A DNA stretch of 64,000 nt from Podarcis gaigeae (lineage: Eukaryota), in NCBI GenBank assembly GCA_964106915.2, contig OZ066923.1. One strand, given 5' to 3'. The translations under genes were made by a program, and so were the position numbers. Numbering within the stretch: the first letter of the stretch is position 1; each line of letters starts with the position of its first letter. This document shows, piece by piece, positions 38,765 through 53,400 of this stretch. The notes under the pieces were generated by a model. It worked only from the letters and a program-made list of their open reading frames with translations. It did not search any database and had not been told where the DNA came from.

Positions 38765-39133
38765 TAATTGGAGAAAGCAATACATAATAAAAATCGTCTT
38801 TGCCTGGTCTAACAACACCAAGAAAAATGGACATTATGATAGAAGTCTAGTGCTTGAGCTATGGGATAAATATTCATGCTCTGCAAAGTAGTCATTACCT
38901 ATTACTTGTTAGGTCTGCCTGCCTTTTCCAGTCCTTGAAAATAGCCTTTCATTTTGTGCGTGTGTGTGGAAACCCCTCCCTGAGCATCTTCCTGCCACAC
39001 TGCTGACTGGCAATATGAAGGCTCTCATGGTGCCAGTCTACTACTGTTTGGGCATGGGAGAGGGAATTTAATTAATATTCCACTATCCTGGTTGTAGCAC
39101 ACAGATCTTAAACTTTGTTTGCCCCTAATATTA

Positions 39134-39483
39134 GGGCCACAGGTGGTGCTGTGGTCTAAACCACAGAGCCTAGGGCTTGCCGATCAGAAGGTCGACAGTT
39201 AGAATCCCCGCAACAGGGTAAGCTCCCGTTGCTTGGTCCCTGTTCTTGCCAACTAGCAGTTTGAAAACACGTCAAAGTGCAAGTAGATAAATAGGTACCA
39301 CTCCGGTGGGAAGGTAAATGGTGTTTCTGTGCACTGCTCTGGTTCGCCAGAAGCGGCTTAGTCATGCTGGCCACATGACCCGGAAGCTGTACGCCGGCTC
39401 CCTCGGCCAGTAAAGCGAGATGAGCGACACAACCCCAGAGTCGTCTGCGACTGGACCTAATGGTCAGAGGTCTCTTTACCTTT
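39134..39483 (+). mobile_element. Sauria SINE, full length
   Basis: Head to ACCTTT tail colinear with the other copies. Confidence 0.93.
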
Positions 39484-42400
39484 AAGATTAGGTTTAAACA
39501 GTTTTATAAATAACACTTGAAGTTTCAAAGGAATATTTTTTTGATAGACAATACTGTTACTCATTTCTTTTAGCCTTAAAAGCCACAAAGGAAGTGAGAC
39601 ACTGCTAGGTCTTTAATTTTTAAACTTTTCATCCCCTGCACTAGATAGATGTGTTAGCATTTAAGATACGAACAGGAAGTAGGCTAAGGGGAAAGAACTG
39701 AGGTTAAACATTAACACATTCTTTTCTGAGCAAATTTTCTGAGATGATGGCTTCTCTGGTGAGTTTAATCTATTGCAATGACTAGACTTTATCATTGCTT
39801 TCCAAATGTTAATCTTTTTCTTATTTTATATGCTTCAGTTCTGCAAATGTTCCTTGTTAGTAATACTCTTGACAAAAAAAGAAAAGAAAAATGCAAGTTG
39901 TGTAGTGTATAACTCCAATGTGCTGCTAAGATTATTGTAATGGATGCTGTGACAGTCTCTGAGTAGGAAATCTATATCTGGGCACTTCATTAACTCTCCA
40001 GTGTAAATGCATTACTTGAAAGTAAATTCCATGTAGTTTGCTGAATTGATTTATTTTGTAATATATTTGCTTAGTAGTCTACATAGACCACATTATACAT
40101 AGGAATCTGATACACAGAAATATATCCTTCAAGTGTAGCATAAACTTGCTAAAGTATTCTGCTAAAGTATTCATTTTGTATAACCTATGCAGTGGATTCC
40201 TGACCAGTGTTCTTGTGACAAAATAAATAATGGTGCCATGTTTCAAAAGCAACTCTTCTTCCACAAAGGTCATCTCCTTTCATAATTTACAAAGGTAAAA
40301 TCTACACAGGAGCATTCAGCAGTAAGCTTTGACCGTTGGGAATTCCCTGTGGAAAATGCATTGGGGTGCAGCAGCAGATATCTTACTGTGTGCAACTAAA
40401 GGGTAAATTCTTTTAAGGCCAACTAACCAAGAAGGGGACAACTGGAGGTGTATGTTAGCAACCAGGCCGAGTGGTGGATTGTTTGCTGAAGTAGCCCTGT
40501 ACTCTGATTGGCTGTATAACCCTGAGGGCTTTTTTCCTCTGTATGTTTGGTTGAATGTCTTCCTGCTATGTACTAAGCCTGAAGTAAGAGAGAGAGAACC
40601 TACCTGTTTGTTTCTCCTCAAATTGTATGCTGGCTTTGTTAAGCTAAACTGTAACATATAAAGCAGACCAAATAATTTATTTTCCAGTGTACTATACATT
40701 ATTTCCTTTAGAATATTGCTCAGTATTGTTAAGCATGTATATGACTGCCTTGCTCTGGAATGAGTTCACAGGGTGAAGAGAACCAACGTGGTACCTTCCA
40801 GATGTTTTGGGAACTACAACTGCCACAGCCAGTTAAACCATTGTTCAGGGATGATGATACTACAGCAGCATCTGGAGGGCACTGTGTTAGCTACTTCTGA
40901 AAGAACAAAAAATCCGTCCAGCTTTGTAGCAAAGTAAACAGTCACAAGCGCTTACAAATCCCTCACTTCCCTTATCTAAAGGAGTAATATGAAGAAGGGA
41001 GTGCTGGTGTTTGCTTGAAAAGCAGCCATATGGAGGCAGCTGTGTTCATTCATGTGCAGCAGCTAACCACAAAGATCCAGGACTCTTTCTTTGTGCCACC
41101 TGAGGAACATGTGGCCGTGTGTGAGATTTCGTGGTGGCAGGTTGTTGCACACAAAAGCTGAAATGTGGAGCAGCTACCATATGGTTGCATTTGAAGTGTC
41201 CACTGTATAGATCTTTGTCTGTGGATTTTTGCTTATTCTTTATTTCAGGAAGCAAAATTATCTCTCAGGCAAGCTGATTGGTGTGCTTGCGGTGCAGAGT
41301 TCAGTTGCAGACAAGAAATTAAAAAAGGATAAACTGGGCAGATATTTGTGATACTTCCCCTGCCCTTTAAAGCAAAACAAAGAAAAGCTGTGTTTACTAT
41401 AGTACCCTGCTTGTTGACATGTTTCAGTACCAGCTGTCCAGTAGCATAGCTCAGCTGAAGATTTACTGGCGACCTTATTACTGCAGTAAATAATCTTGCT
41501 TTCCAAGAGAACTGGAAATTATCTGAGACACATTGGAGGTCTTTTGAGCATGTAGTTAGCCCTTTTCCCACTCTTGGTGTTTCAGCCATCCAAATAATCG
41601 GAATAAAATCCTGCTTTGAAGGAGGACTCCACTAGACTTATTTTTGTCATCAAATTCTTTGTACATTGCATTCATGAATTAACATCGCAAATGAATTTGG
41701 CTCCACACAGGAGAATGTGTGACAGAGTAATCTTCAGGCCATGTTTGCTAGATTGAGACAATTTTGTAGTAAGGTTTGCAGTTTATTTGTCAAACACAAA
41801 CATATGTATGGGCATTCCTTAGTTAAAGCTGACCAAAACCAAATCAGTCACCCCTAAAAACCTTAGTGAAGAGATGCTTGCAGATGGTGCAGAAAATCAT
41901 ACAATGATGGAATTCCATAGCCAGGTGCCACTACAGAGATGACCCTACCATGACTCATTGAGCTATATCTTGTGGCAATACCTTCAGAATGGCTTCTCCT
42001 ACAGTTCTAACGACCCAGGAAGGCTACTTATACGGAGAAGTGACCTTTAAAAAATAGGTCCTACATCATTTAGGGCTTTATAGGTATTAGTAGCATACCT
42101 TGAATGTGTTTCTGATGGTGGCCAGGGCTGCTCTTGAGTACAGAAAAAGTACCGAGTGAACTAAAACTCATTTAGTAGGAACCCCTAGTTTCCTCATCTT
42201 CGCAAGGTCGATATTTTTGTTGCCTGCACTGATCTTACTCAAATGTCCTGGAAGCTCTCCAAACCCAATGTTTGCACTTCTCTTTTGTTCTCGCAATCTT
42301 CACAGACGTGCACGGCTTTTAGTGCTATTCCCTCCCCTTTTCTAAAAGAAGCCCCATGTTTTAAGAAGTGGCTTTGATGTGCGCTGTTGTATTTCATTGG

Positions 42401-42999
42401 CTGAGTGCTGTGCCTCTTTACATCCTCTTTTCCTCTTCCCTTCCCCCTCCATTGTTCCTCCTCACATCGATTTTCCCCCTGCTTGCCCAGTTGGGAAACA
42501 CCTGCCCTGCCAGAGCAATGTACTGAAACGTGTTTACTTTTTATTTTTTATAGTTTCAATCCAGAAAGTTGGCTGCTTCCCTCTTTCCACTCCCCTTCCC
42601 CTTTCTCCCACGCCCCTTGCCGCAGCAGCAGCAGTTACTTGTCCTTTGACCTGGTGCCTGTCTGTACCCTTCGGCTACTTCTTTTGTTTCTGCCCCAGCC
42701 ATATGGGAGGAGAGGATGAGGGGCCTTGCTGAAACGAAGTTCATTGAGGGAATCATGGTATAGCATGGAAACACAGAATAGTAGAATTGGAAGGGACCAT
42801 GAGGGCCATCTAGTCCAACCCCCTGCAATGCAGGGAGACATTGCATTCCCTGAAAGCAGCTGTAGTCCCCAACCTGATGGTAGGCTCCTATTTCCTCTTG
42901 GGTGCTAAGAAAGCTCCCTCATCTGACTTGATTTCTTATTTGCATAATAAATAAAATTTCATGAAACACAGGATTTTCAAAGAAACATTATATTAATAT

Positions 43000-43195
43000 A
43001 CCACCTTTCCACCAAAGAGCTAAGAAGGCATACATGGTTCTCTCTCGCCACATTTTATCCTCACAAGAACCTTGTGAGATGGGTTAGGCTGAGAGACAGT
43101 GAATGACCCAGTGAACTTCCTGATGGAGTGGGGCTGGGACCCCCATTCTACCAGGTCTTAGTCCAGTACTCTAACCACTACACCACACAGGCTCC
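43000..43195 (-). mobile_element. Old MIR/Squam3-like SINE
   Basis: ttttatcctcacaa...gtgag..gggttaggctgagagacagtga...ctctaaccactacaccacac. Confidence 0.7.
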
Positions 43196-43326
43196 CAAGA
43201 AAGGCAGGCAAACATTTCTTAGGAAATGAGTGCCAGCCTGGAACCACAACTGGAGGCAGTCACAACACGCTCATATTTCACTTGCATTTTTAGCAACATT
43301 TAAGTAGGAGCTATATTGATGGCATT

Positions 43327-43675
43327 GGGACGCGGGTGGCACTGGGGTTAAACCACAGAGCCTAGGACTTGCTGATCACAAGGTTGGTGGTTTGAATCCC
43401 CGCGACAGGGTGAGCTCCCGTTGCTCGGTCCCTGCTCCTGCCAACCTAGCAGTTCGAAAGCACACCAAAGTGCAAGTAGATAAATAGGTACCACTCCAGT
43501 GGGAAGGTAAACAGCATTTCCATGCGCTGCTCTGGTTCTCCAGAAGCGGCTTAGTCATGCTGGCCGCATGACCCGGAAGCTGTACGCCGGCTCCCTCGGC
43601 CAATAAAGCGAGATGAGCGCCGCAACCCCAGAGTCGGTCACGACTGGACCTAATGGTCAGGGGTCCCTTTACCTT
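43327..43675 (+). mobile_element. Sauria SINE, full length
   Basis: 13-bp TSD TATATTGATGGCA. Confidence 0.95.
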
Positions 43676-46021
43676 TATATTGATGGCAAAACAGCCAGGG
43701 GTGATGAGGGGTGAAAGTGAAAATATGCACAAGTCACTGTGCAGGGGGTGGGCGAGGATATAGAAAAAAAGAAACTAGGTAGAGAAAGATAATGGTGGGT
43801 GGTCTCCCATAAATCCCCAAATCTCATCAGTGGAAACAAAAGCAAAGCCCTCACCTTCTGTTTCCCTTAGAGGTGGCACAAAAGAGGAGGGTTACATATC
43901 AGGAGGCAAAGCGGATTTTGAAAAAGGGAAGTGAACCTCAGGAAATTATTAGTTAAGGTGCCACTTTACGAAGAGATCTTTACTGGCAGCATAGGAATTG
44001 GAAACTTCCTGCCCACTGTAGAACATTTGGTTTTCAGCCAGTGTGCTGTGGCTGTGCTGTTGCAGTGTGCAAGGGACCCTGGGGTCCCTTGAATGATGGT
44101 CAGGGGTGCTACAGGCAACACCAGACTCTGTCCCTCTTTCCTTCCCTCTCTCCATCTGATGCCCTCTTGTATCTCAGCCTTCCAAAGGCTTCTGCTGCTG
44201 TTTGTTGCAGCAGCCCTGGCTACAAGCTCCCCAGGCGAATGGTGCCTCTGGGGCTGGCCAGGGGAGAGGAGAGGAGGCTGATGGAACACTCTACAAGAGA
44301 GGGTGTTCGAAAAGAGGTGAAGGGGCTGCCGGCTCTGCAGACAAGGGGTGACATAACTGGGCTTGTGAGGCTTTGAGCACGTTTCCCCACAGGGGAGCCT
44401 CAGAAAGAATGTACTTGGTCAAGGGAGCCATGGACTCTGAAAGGTTGAAAACCTCTGCAGTAGATGATATATAAGAGAAACATTTGCTTTTCCTACCATA
44501 CCTGGTGTAGGAAAAACAACCATTGCATAGCACAGAGGGCCATCTGGAGGCAGTCTTGGTGTCTCTGAACAGAAGAGGTGCTGCTGGTTGTTTCACTGGG
44601 TTTATACGTACTTGTGCATTTTAGTGTTTAAAACTGAATTGCCAGAGCAATTTGTCTTAAGAAGAAATGTGTGTAAACACATTTGAATTGTAAAAAGAAA
44701 TGCTACTGGCATGTCAGCACACGGGGCTTTTCTCCCCACCGCCCTCCTTTTTTTCCTTTATGCTGAAACCAGTGACATTCAGTGATCCACAAACTGAAGC
44801 TTGTAAATTTTTAAATATGGGCTGTAATAGAGACTTTTACTCCAGGTAAAAGGTAAAGACGTTTACTCCAGTCACCTGTTGAGAATGACAATGGCTAGTG
44901 GATGAGTCTCATGTACTGCTGGACTAGGGTTGCACGACTTTTACATTCACATTGAATTTGAAATGCTATTGACTCTTTTAAGATTCGAAAGGAATGGGAG
45001 AACCCAGCACACACAGCTTCAGTAGCAAATCCTTTTTTTTAATTAAAAAAACCCCAAAACCATAATGGGCACTTCCTCTTCCTTGCACTTTCAGAACCCT
45101 GTTTCTAGAAGTGAATCTTTCCACACTGAATCTCTCCAGGTTTTGTACGAGGGATGTGCTCTGTCCAATGCAGCCTCTGTGTTATACAAACTTAACAGTA
45201 GGAAGGAAACCATTGACAGAAATGTGGTCTGCTTCACTTTGGCCATGGAATGGATTCTTGACTCATTTTGCAATCTCTGAGCCACTAACTTGGACCAAAA
45301 TCACACATGCATTTTAAAAGCACTTTATCATTGGGTTCCCTTCCTTCAATCAGGCAAGCTTGCTGTCATTCATAAATCAAGCTTTCTCCGCACATCTCCC
45401 CACCTTTGGGCACCTGTTCTTGTTCTTCTTTTAAGGAAAATAGTTAGCAGTTCCAATTATGTAATTTGGCCCTTACGATGAGCTGTAGAAGCAGAGGGTA
45501 GGTGGTGTGTGAAAAGAGGAAGGGGGAGCAGAGCATGTAAGGGGAAGAGAGCGCAGGCAGTTGAAGAAGAAGATGAACAAACCATCCCTATTAGAAGTGA
45601 GTTCTGGATTTTGCAACACTGATGTTGCATTTAAAAGACAAGGACGGGGGTGGGGTGGGGGTGGAGAGCAGTCTCAAAAATGGTATTGAAAAATGCAAGG
45701 AACTTTAACAACATTTTTATTTATTGAATTTATATACAGTAAACATTTCAATGCATTTTGGTGGAAAAGAATTACCGGTATGCATACTGGTTTATTCTGG
45801 TATGGTAGCATCTCTCAAGCTTGGCTCTAATGTTGATCCTTCTAGTGTTTTAGCTAAAGTCAAAACTAAACAAGATGGGAGCAGGTACACTTTGTCACTC
45901 ATGTATCCACCCCACGTATTGGTAGAGGGATTCAATTCTATCCAGGAGCCCTTGGGAACAAGCCATCTGGGAAAATGAACCTTGGCCCACCTCATAAGCC
46001 ATCTCAGAAGAGGTATTCAGT

Positions 46022-46073
<52 letters not shown>

Positions 46074-46089
46074 ATGGAGAGAGAGAGAG
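46022..46089. repeat. (CT)n(GT)n(GA)n compound microsatellite
   Basis: Directly visible. Confidence 0.9.
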
Positions 46090-46429
46090 AAGAAATGCAT
46101 CTTCTGTGTTGTATGCGGTGTGCATCTTTCTAAAACAATTTCCAGTGTGATCTCCCCAAACTGGAATGGGACCTTGGAGGTGTGGGGGGTGAGAGAGAAT
46201 TGTAGCCCTTTGGCTTTTCTACAGCCCCCATCTGGATCAGGGCCCCACACCAGTTATTTGCATGGGTGGTGAGAAAGCTCCCCTGCAGAAATATATCTGG
46301 GGGTATTTCTATTAGATCAGGGTCCTCCTCTATGATGGATGTGTATGTGTATTTAAGCGAACTGGCTAGAGTAAAAGATCATTAGTCATTGGGGAGAAGT
46401 AGGCATGTATGAACTTAATTTTAGTTGCA

Positions 46430-46792
46430 TTTATTTATTTAATTTGTATGTCGCCCTTTATCCGTTGGCCTCGGGGCAGTTCACAACATAAAAATACAAT
46501 ATAAAAACACAAAATTCATGATTAAAACAAGGGGTGAGGAAAAACCACAAACCAATAACCCCTCCTCCAGTCTGCTGATTTTAATCAGCCAAAGGCATGG
46601 TTGAAGAGGGATGTTTTCACCTGGTGCCTGAAGGTGTGGAATGAAGATGCCAGCTGAATCTCCCTCTGGAGAGCATTCCACAGATGGGGAGCCACTGCAG
46701 AAAAGGCCTGTTCTAGTGTTGTCATCCTCTGGACCGCTTGTGTTAGAGGCACACGAAGAAGGATCTCAGAGGATGAACTCAAGGTCTGGGTA
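46430..46792 (-). mobile_element. L2 LINE 3' fragment
   Basis: Minus-strand QAFSAVAPHLWNALQREIQLASSFHTFRHQVKTSLF plus (AAAT)n tail. Confidence 0.8.
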
Positions 46793-49700
46793 GATTGTAA
46801 TTGTTTTACTGATGTTTTGTTAGTTACATTATATGATTTCTGCTGTACTCGTGATGCTCTTATTATGTTATTTGTTGCGTGTAAGCAGCTTTGGCATTCA
46901 TGGAAAGTGGCACAGAAAGACAATATATCAGATCAACAAATCAATGTACCGCAACTCATCAAGGGTTGTGAAGGTTCCTGCTTTTGCTATCTGCCCAGCT
47001 TTGCAAGAGTGTCAAATACCTATTGGCAACATATGATATGTGTCTGTCAGGCTGTGTGTGGCTTGCTGGATCACAAGTTGTCCAGACTTGACTTATGCAG
47101 CACTTCCTCCAGAATCTCTTTGCAAGGCAAGCGTTCCTGAAATCATTATTTGATTCCCATATGAGGGTGGTTTAGTGTAATGCAGTGCAAGAAAGAAATG
47201 TGTCATGGGAAGAACACACTGATTTCATTGCAGAGTTGCAAGTTTAAGCACATGTTGTATTTTGTCCTCCTGTCACTGAATTGCAAAGAATGCATTGCTG
47301 AAGTGGATTGTAATTATTTTATGCTAAATTTTAAGTGGAACAACAGTTCAAATACAAAGGAAGTTCTTTCAGTTGCCATGGATACCACATACAGTATCGC
47401 CTTTATGAGCTGTCATTTTTGTCTGGTCTCCAATAATCACTATTTCTTAATCTTTGCAAATTCACACATGCTAAAATCTCATTTAAGTTCTAAATTTATA
47501 TGGTGGAATGTGAGTCTTCAATCTCTAAAACATGGATGCAAAATGCTTCTGGGGGACTTTCCCCATTATCCTGCATCTGATAACTTCCTGTTTTAAAATG
47601 AAACCTATTCTACAGGTTAGAAGAAGCACATGTTAGGTGCAAAAGTATGCCAGCACTGCTGAATAGCAAAGTCATGGATTTTTAAATGCCGGAAGATCGC
47701 TTCTGAAAGAGCAATAAATTCTATTCCAAAATAACAGTATAAAGCAGTGAAGGAAATTGAAGAGTAATTTGGTAAACAAAAAAATAATATTTACAAACTA
47801 CAAATATTTCTAGAAGCATATCAGCTAAGAGGCAGAAGGATCTTAACCATAGATGACAATGTCAAAATGATAGTGAAGAAATTTCAGAGAAGGTAAATGA
47901 ATTCTTCACATCATTATTGTGCTCCTTGGAGGAAAGATGGGATAATAAATCACATAAATAAAAATAATTTTTCACTGCCAGAGGTGTTACAGTACATCTG
48001 AGCCATTGTTTTTTGGTTAATGAGTCTCAAGAAGTATATTATAAGTATAGTATGGTATTCAGTTGGGAGTTCCTAATGAATTCAAATGAGACATTATTGA
48101 TCTGGAAGACTTTTAAACTGATCAAAGCATTGAAGAAGAACTAAATAGCTGGGGTGTTTTTGCTTAGAAAAAAAATGTAATAGGGGGGAAAGCAGCACAA
48201 GACCTTGGATTTCTTTTTCATTTTAATAATGAGGAGGGAATCAATAGAGGAACTGTGTTAAGAGTACCAACCATAAAAGTAGCTTTAATGGGGAAAGCTA
48301 GTATTTTGATAGTCTAATGAGGCTTCTACTTCAGAGAGTGGGAGTAGAAGTAATTATTTTATGATAAGATAACGCTCCCTGGTTGTAGGAAGTATATGAA
48401 ACAGTTCTAATGTTAGCAAATGCCATGCATTCAGCAGTCGAGAAACCTTTGTTCTCAGTAATGTCAACGTGCGGAATGTTTGATTAGCTTGTCTGCATTT
48501 CAGCCCATGTGGCAGGCGCAAGATAATGTCAAGTTCTGACTTTTAAATTTCAAAGTACTTCTAAATCAGTTTACATGGCTTAGGGTGCTTTAGTTAAAAA
48601 TATATGCTTTCTCCTGCCTATGTTAGCAAAAGCCATAAGGCTGTCAAAAACCTGGAAAGTCATAGTACTTGACTCGATGGATACCAAGTGGTACAAGCCC
48701 TGTCTTACTGGAAGATCATACCTTGGGAACTATCCTCTATCATAGCTAGGTAAGGAGGAATATAAAAAAAGCTACTCCTTGAACATTAGGGATAAGGATT
48801 TATGGAAAAAACAGAAAGCAAGTCTTGGAATTCTGGGTTGCCCAGAGTTGTCTGGCGAATAATTAAGTGGGAGATGATCTGGGAATGAGAGACCTTGTTT
48901 CCAAAAGCTATTTGAAGACAGTGCAGAATTCAAATGTCAGCAATCACATTGCTCATAGGAAGGAGATAATGATACAACTGAAAACGTCAGAAATTGGAAA
49001 GGGCACGTGGCTGAAATCTTAGTAAAAGTCAATATGGCTTAAAACGCATTTATGTAGACAAACCTACCTAGACATGTAAAGGTTGCTTGTGTTTTATTTC
49101 CTTTTTAATAATCCTTTGGTTGTTCTTAAAAACCTGTTTCTCTTTTTTAATGATAATTTTAATGTGTTGTTTTCTATTTTTGTAAACTGCTGCTGAAGAT
49201 TTTCTTACAATCAAGCAGTGTGTAAGTTTTGTTGAATATAGTAAATAAAATAAACAACTTTGCAGGACTGTCATTATTCTGTAAACATATTTTATGTGAA
49301 TACAAGTAGTGCTGTAACCAATCAGCAACAATGATGGTCTTCAGTTAATTGTTGTAAGACAGTGTACAGTTCTTTGAAAAGTTATGCCGGGACCTCATCT
49401 TACTAACAATGCAGGGATGCCATTAAAAATTGCATCCCAACATCAAGGCTGTGTACACACCCTTCTGTAGCACTGTAGTTTTTCTCAGTCCAGAATAATT
49501 CATGCTCATCTTCAACATGCTGCTTTCAGTCAAGATTGATTCTAGATCCTGCCATCCACAAGGCTGAGTGTGGTTAACTGATATACATCTGAAAGCCCTC
49601 CCCTTGATTAGGTTATTCAGGCCTTTTCTTCCCTGCTTGTGCCCCAAGTGAAAGGAGGAGGAAGTGCTGACTGCAATCGTGGTACCTCCCCACCCAATTG

Positions 49701-50303
49701 CTGGGACTGTCTACATCAGTTTCCATCTGTGTCTAGCAGGATAATGCTCAATCAATCAATCAATCAATGCAATGAACTTTTATTTTTGGAATGAAACCAG
49801 TTTATAAATATTTTCAGTGTGAGCTTTTCAAGGGCAATAGTGTGTGAGCGTGTGTAGACTACTATATATACCGAAAACAAGTACCCACCCTCCATTGATT
49901 CTAGAGTAAAATGTTGTGATTATGCAACCTAAGTTGTCCCTCCTCAGATAGGAAAGCTTACCCTTCATTGTGCTTTTCCCCACCCACATTCCCCATAACT
50001 GTCTGCTGCTGGTGGGGAGGGAAGGAAACCCGTAGTATGGGATAAGTGGTTTTACACATGAGGGTGAAAATAATTGGGGTGCCCTTTTCTGGAGCATCCC
50101 CTTGTTGCCTGTAATATGGAGCACCACCTTGAGAAATTATACCTAATTTTCGTCAAATCATTGTGATGTAGTGGTTAGTGTTAGACAAGGATTGAAGGGT
50201 AACACCGGTTCAAATCTCCACACAGCCATGTAGCTGTGACCTTGGGCCAGTCACTAACTCGAAGCCTAGCAGGGATCTTATGAGGACAAAGTCTTTGTGT
50301 ATT

Positions 50304-50439
50304 CAGGCATGGCCAAACTTGGCCCTCCAGATGTTTTGGGACTACAACTCCCATCTCCCTCAGCTAACAGGAACAGTGGTCAGGGATGATGGGAATTGTA
50401 GTCTCAAAACATCTGGAGGGCCAGGTTTGCCCATGCCTG
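50304..50439. mobile_element. Palindromic hAT-type MITE
   Basis: caggcatggccaaacttggccctccagatgtttt...aaaacatctggagggccaggtttgcccatgcctg; older relatives near 7715-7838, 23260-23385 and 40785-40895. Confidence 0.8.
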
Positions 50440-53400
50440 TATGTAGAAGAACCATGTATTTAGAAACTGGTTTCATTCCTCAAGATCTTTGGATCAGAGG
50501 TGGGATATCAGTGTAATAAATCCAACATTTTTTGGTAGTATCTTACACCTTTATGTGGCTGTAAGCAGCAGCTGCAAGAGAACATCTTTCCCGCCCCAGT
50601 AGAACATAATAAAAGAAGAAGAATCATAATTAACCCACAATTTGAAACATCTCTCCTTGTGTGTGGGATGTATTCTCTCTTTGATGTTGCTGCATAGCAC
50701 TTCTGTTTTCTGATCAAAAGAATGTTTATTCCTCCAGCTGAAGTAGCAGAACAGCCTTAAGTAAAATGGGATGCAGTAAGTAAACACAAATTTCACCTGT
50801 GCAATAGGGCAGGGGGAGTGGGGATAAAGCAGCCAAGAGTTTAACCTAACACTGGTTTTATTTCCCTTGAAGAGTGAAGCATGTACTTAAACCTAGTGAA
50901 ATCAATAGGACCCAGAAGTGCTTAGATTTGTGCCTAATACATTAACAGTTTGTTTTAAAACTTTGATAAACTCTTTGAAAATTGATTTTTAGCATTTTTC
51001 TCTGCAAACGACTGTTGCTCTATTTTAAATCATTATTGCGTGTTTCCTGGCACACATCACAGGGGGGAACTGTGATGAAATTCAGTACTTCCTTTTTTGA
51101 AATATTCTGAGCTTCCCAGTACATTAACCTCCTTGAAGGAAACGTTTACAACTAAGAAGTGTAGTTGACACCTTGCTTGATGTATATGTTCATGGGGATC
51201 TGTAAGTAAATCTACTTGCCAATTACTGCTTCAGATATTTGTCTGATCTTCCTAGTCTTGTCGGAGTAGGTGTTTAATATGTCTTCTTTGCTTAGTTACT
51301 TCTAAACTGAAGTTTTGAAGCCTAACTACTGAGGAGTCTACTAATGTGCTTTATACTCCCTAATGAAAAGTGTCTGGGGTCTAAATGCATTAGTGCTTGG
51401 AGTTTTCTATTACAATAATTTTGATACTTCGCCTTGGTGAACTTCTTTTGTCTTTGTATATGTGAGTTTATTATTACAGCTCATCCAAACTATTCAGTCT
51501 GTTTTTTCATGTGACCCTTCCCTTCAGAAGTCCTTTGGAGACCCCAATGTAGCACAGATTTCCCAGCAGTTTTAAGTAGCCAGTTGTCTCCAGTGTTCCC
51601 TCCCAAGTCCGCAGATTAGTTTGGGAGAAGAAAATGCTTGCTGAGAGACATGCTTCTTTCAAAAGACTGGTCATGTGCAGTCTGGAGATGATTAAAAAAA
51701 CAAAAGAAAAACCAATGCTTTATGTTTTGCTATTACAAAACATTCTCTTATACTATGAATAAGGAAGCTCAGTCATGCAGATCAACCAACTGTGGCATAT
51801 ATAGTGGCTCATGCAAGTTGCAGCTAGAATCCAATCCTTTTCATTTCTCAATTGCAAAGAGATTGCTGGTGGTGGTACTCATGTTGGATCAGGATGTATT
51901 TGAGATGGCTGGCTTTGGTGAGGCAAAAATGCCCACAAGAGGCTATACAGGGATAACCAAAGATATTGTCCTATCAGTCAAGTGTCAAAAGGTTTCTTGT
52001 TCCCAAGATGAGCTTTTCTCCATGTGCAAAACACTCCCCTGACAATGTCATTGATAACCTTGACCTATTTTTTAAAGTTTCAAGCTATGTTATTCTCTCA
52101 TTTTGCTTCCTAGTCTACAAATATCTAGTTTGTTATCTTGTTCCTCCTTCATTATGATTAGCTGGCGAAGTCTTATTTGTTGATGGAATGCTTCTCTTTT
52201 ATCTGCTTTCCTTTCCTCTTTATCTCCTTTCCTTCCCCCCTTTCTCCTATCCTGTGCATGATAGCACAGGCCAGAGATGAGCTAGATATGGGAAATTAAT
52301 GACCAGATCCCAAGTTCTGGCATAGTAGTAAGAAATTTCTGCAGAAAGCTAATTGGTCAAAATCTAACAAATGCTGTCAGTTTTGAAAAGAAATATCTTG
52401 TTGAGGTCTATTATGTGTCTTGGTACACTTTTAGTTTTGTTAAGCTGAGGGCTTTTGTTTTTTTAATATAGGAACTTTTTTTGTTCCTCTTTTCATTAGA
52501 GAATTGATGACAGTTGAGGGAGGAGGAAGAGACTTCAACATATACCAAAGTTTCTGGCTTGAAACTCAGAAGCAAAAGTAATTTTAATTGTTGACTAACA
52601 TTACTGTTAATTAAAGGAAAACCTGTTAACCATGCAGACTGACTCATTATTTATGTACAAGATATTGAGGATAGTGCTGTTTTCCTTCGCTCTTCTGCTT
52701 GATTCTTCTGGACTGACGCTAAGGCACACAGCTGTGGTCACAGATGGATTAGATGCTGTGGTTTCATGATCAAATGCCAAGACCTGGCATGTTAGCGAGC
52801 TGAGCTGCTGCCTTGACCTAGGACCTGCCTCAGGCCACTAGATTTCAGCTTAAACTGCTTATAAAATGGAGCCTCATGCCAGCTTCTCAGAAAATTAATA
52901 TGCGAGGCCTAATTTCTCAGTAGTATTTGGAGAAAGATATGCAGTAACCTAGGAGAGGAATTCTGGCAAGATTTAATTCCATTAAATTCCAGCTACAGAA
53001 GAGAGAGTAGGAGTGATGCAGCATGAATTGCTGACAAAATATCGTGTACTCCGAAATGTCACTTATTATGGATAATTGTTAGGCATGCTGCAAGCACTGC
53101 AATTGGTTATCAGACACTCAGATATGTTCAGCAGCTTCCTTCTCTCATATTGTAATAACTTTGCAACAGAGCTTATCATGTTCCATGCGCACTCAGCACA
53201 ATAGGTTCATAATTGCTGACCTCTGGACACTACCATTCCATAAATATTTAATAGCAATGTACTTGGTATAGGCCTTAGAATTTAGAGTTCCCTTATAGAA
53301 AGGGGGTGAAGTATCTCCAGTATCTTAATAGCCTGATAGTGTGGAATATCATAGGATGGAGGTGCAAGATGTTATGAAACCTCCAAAAGGCAATCAGAAC

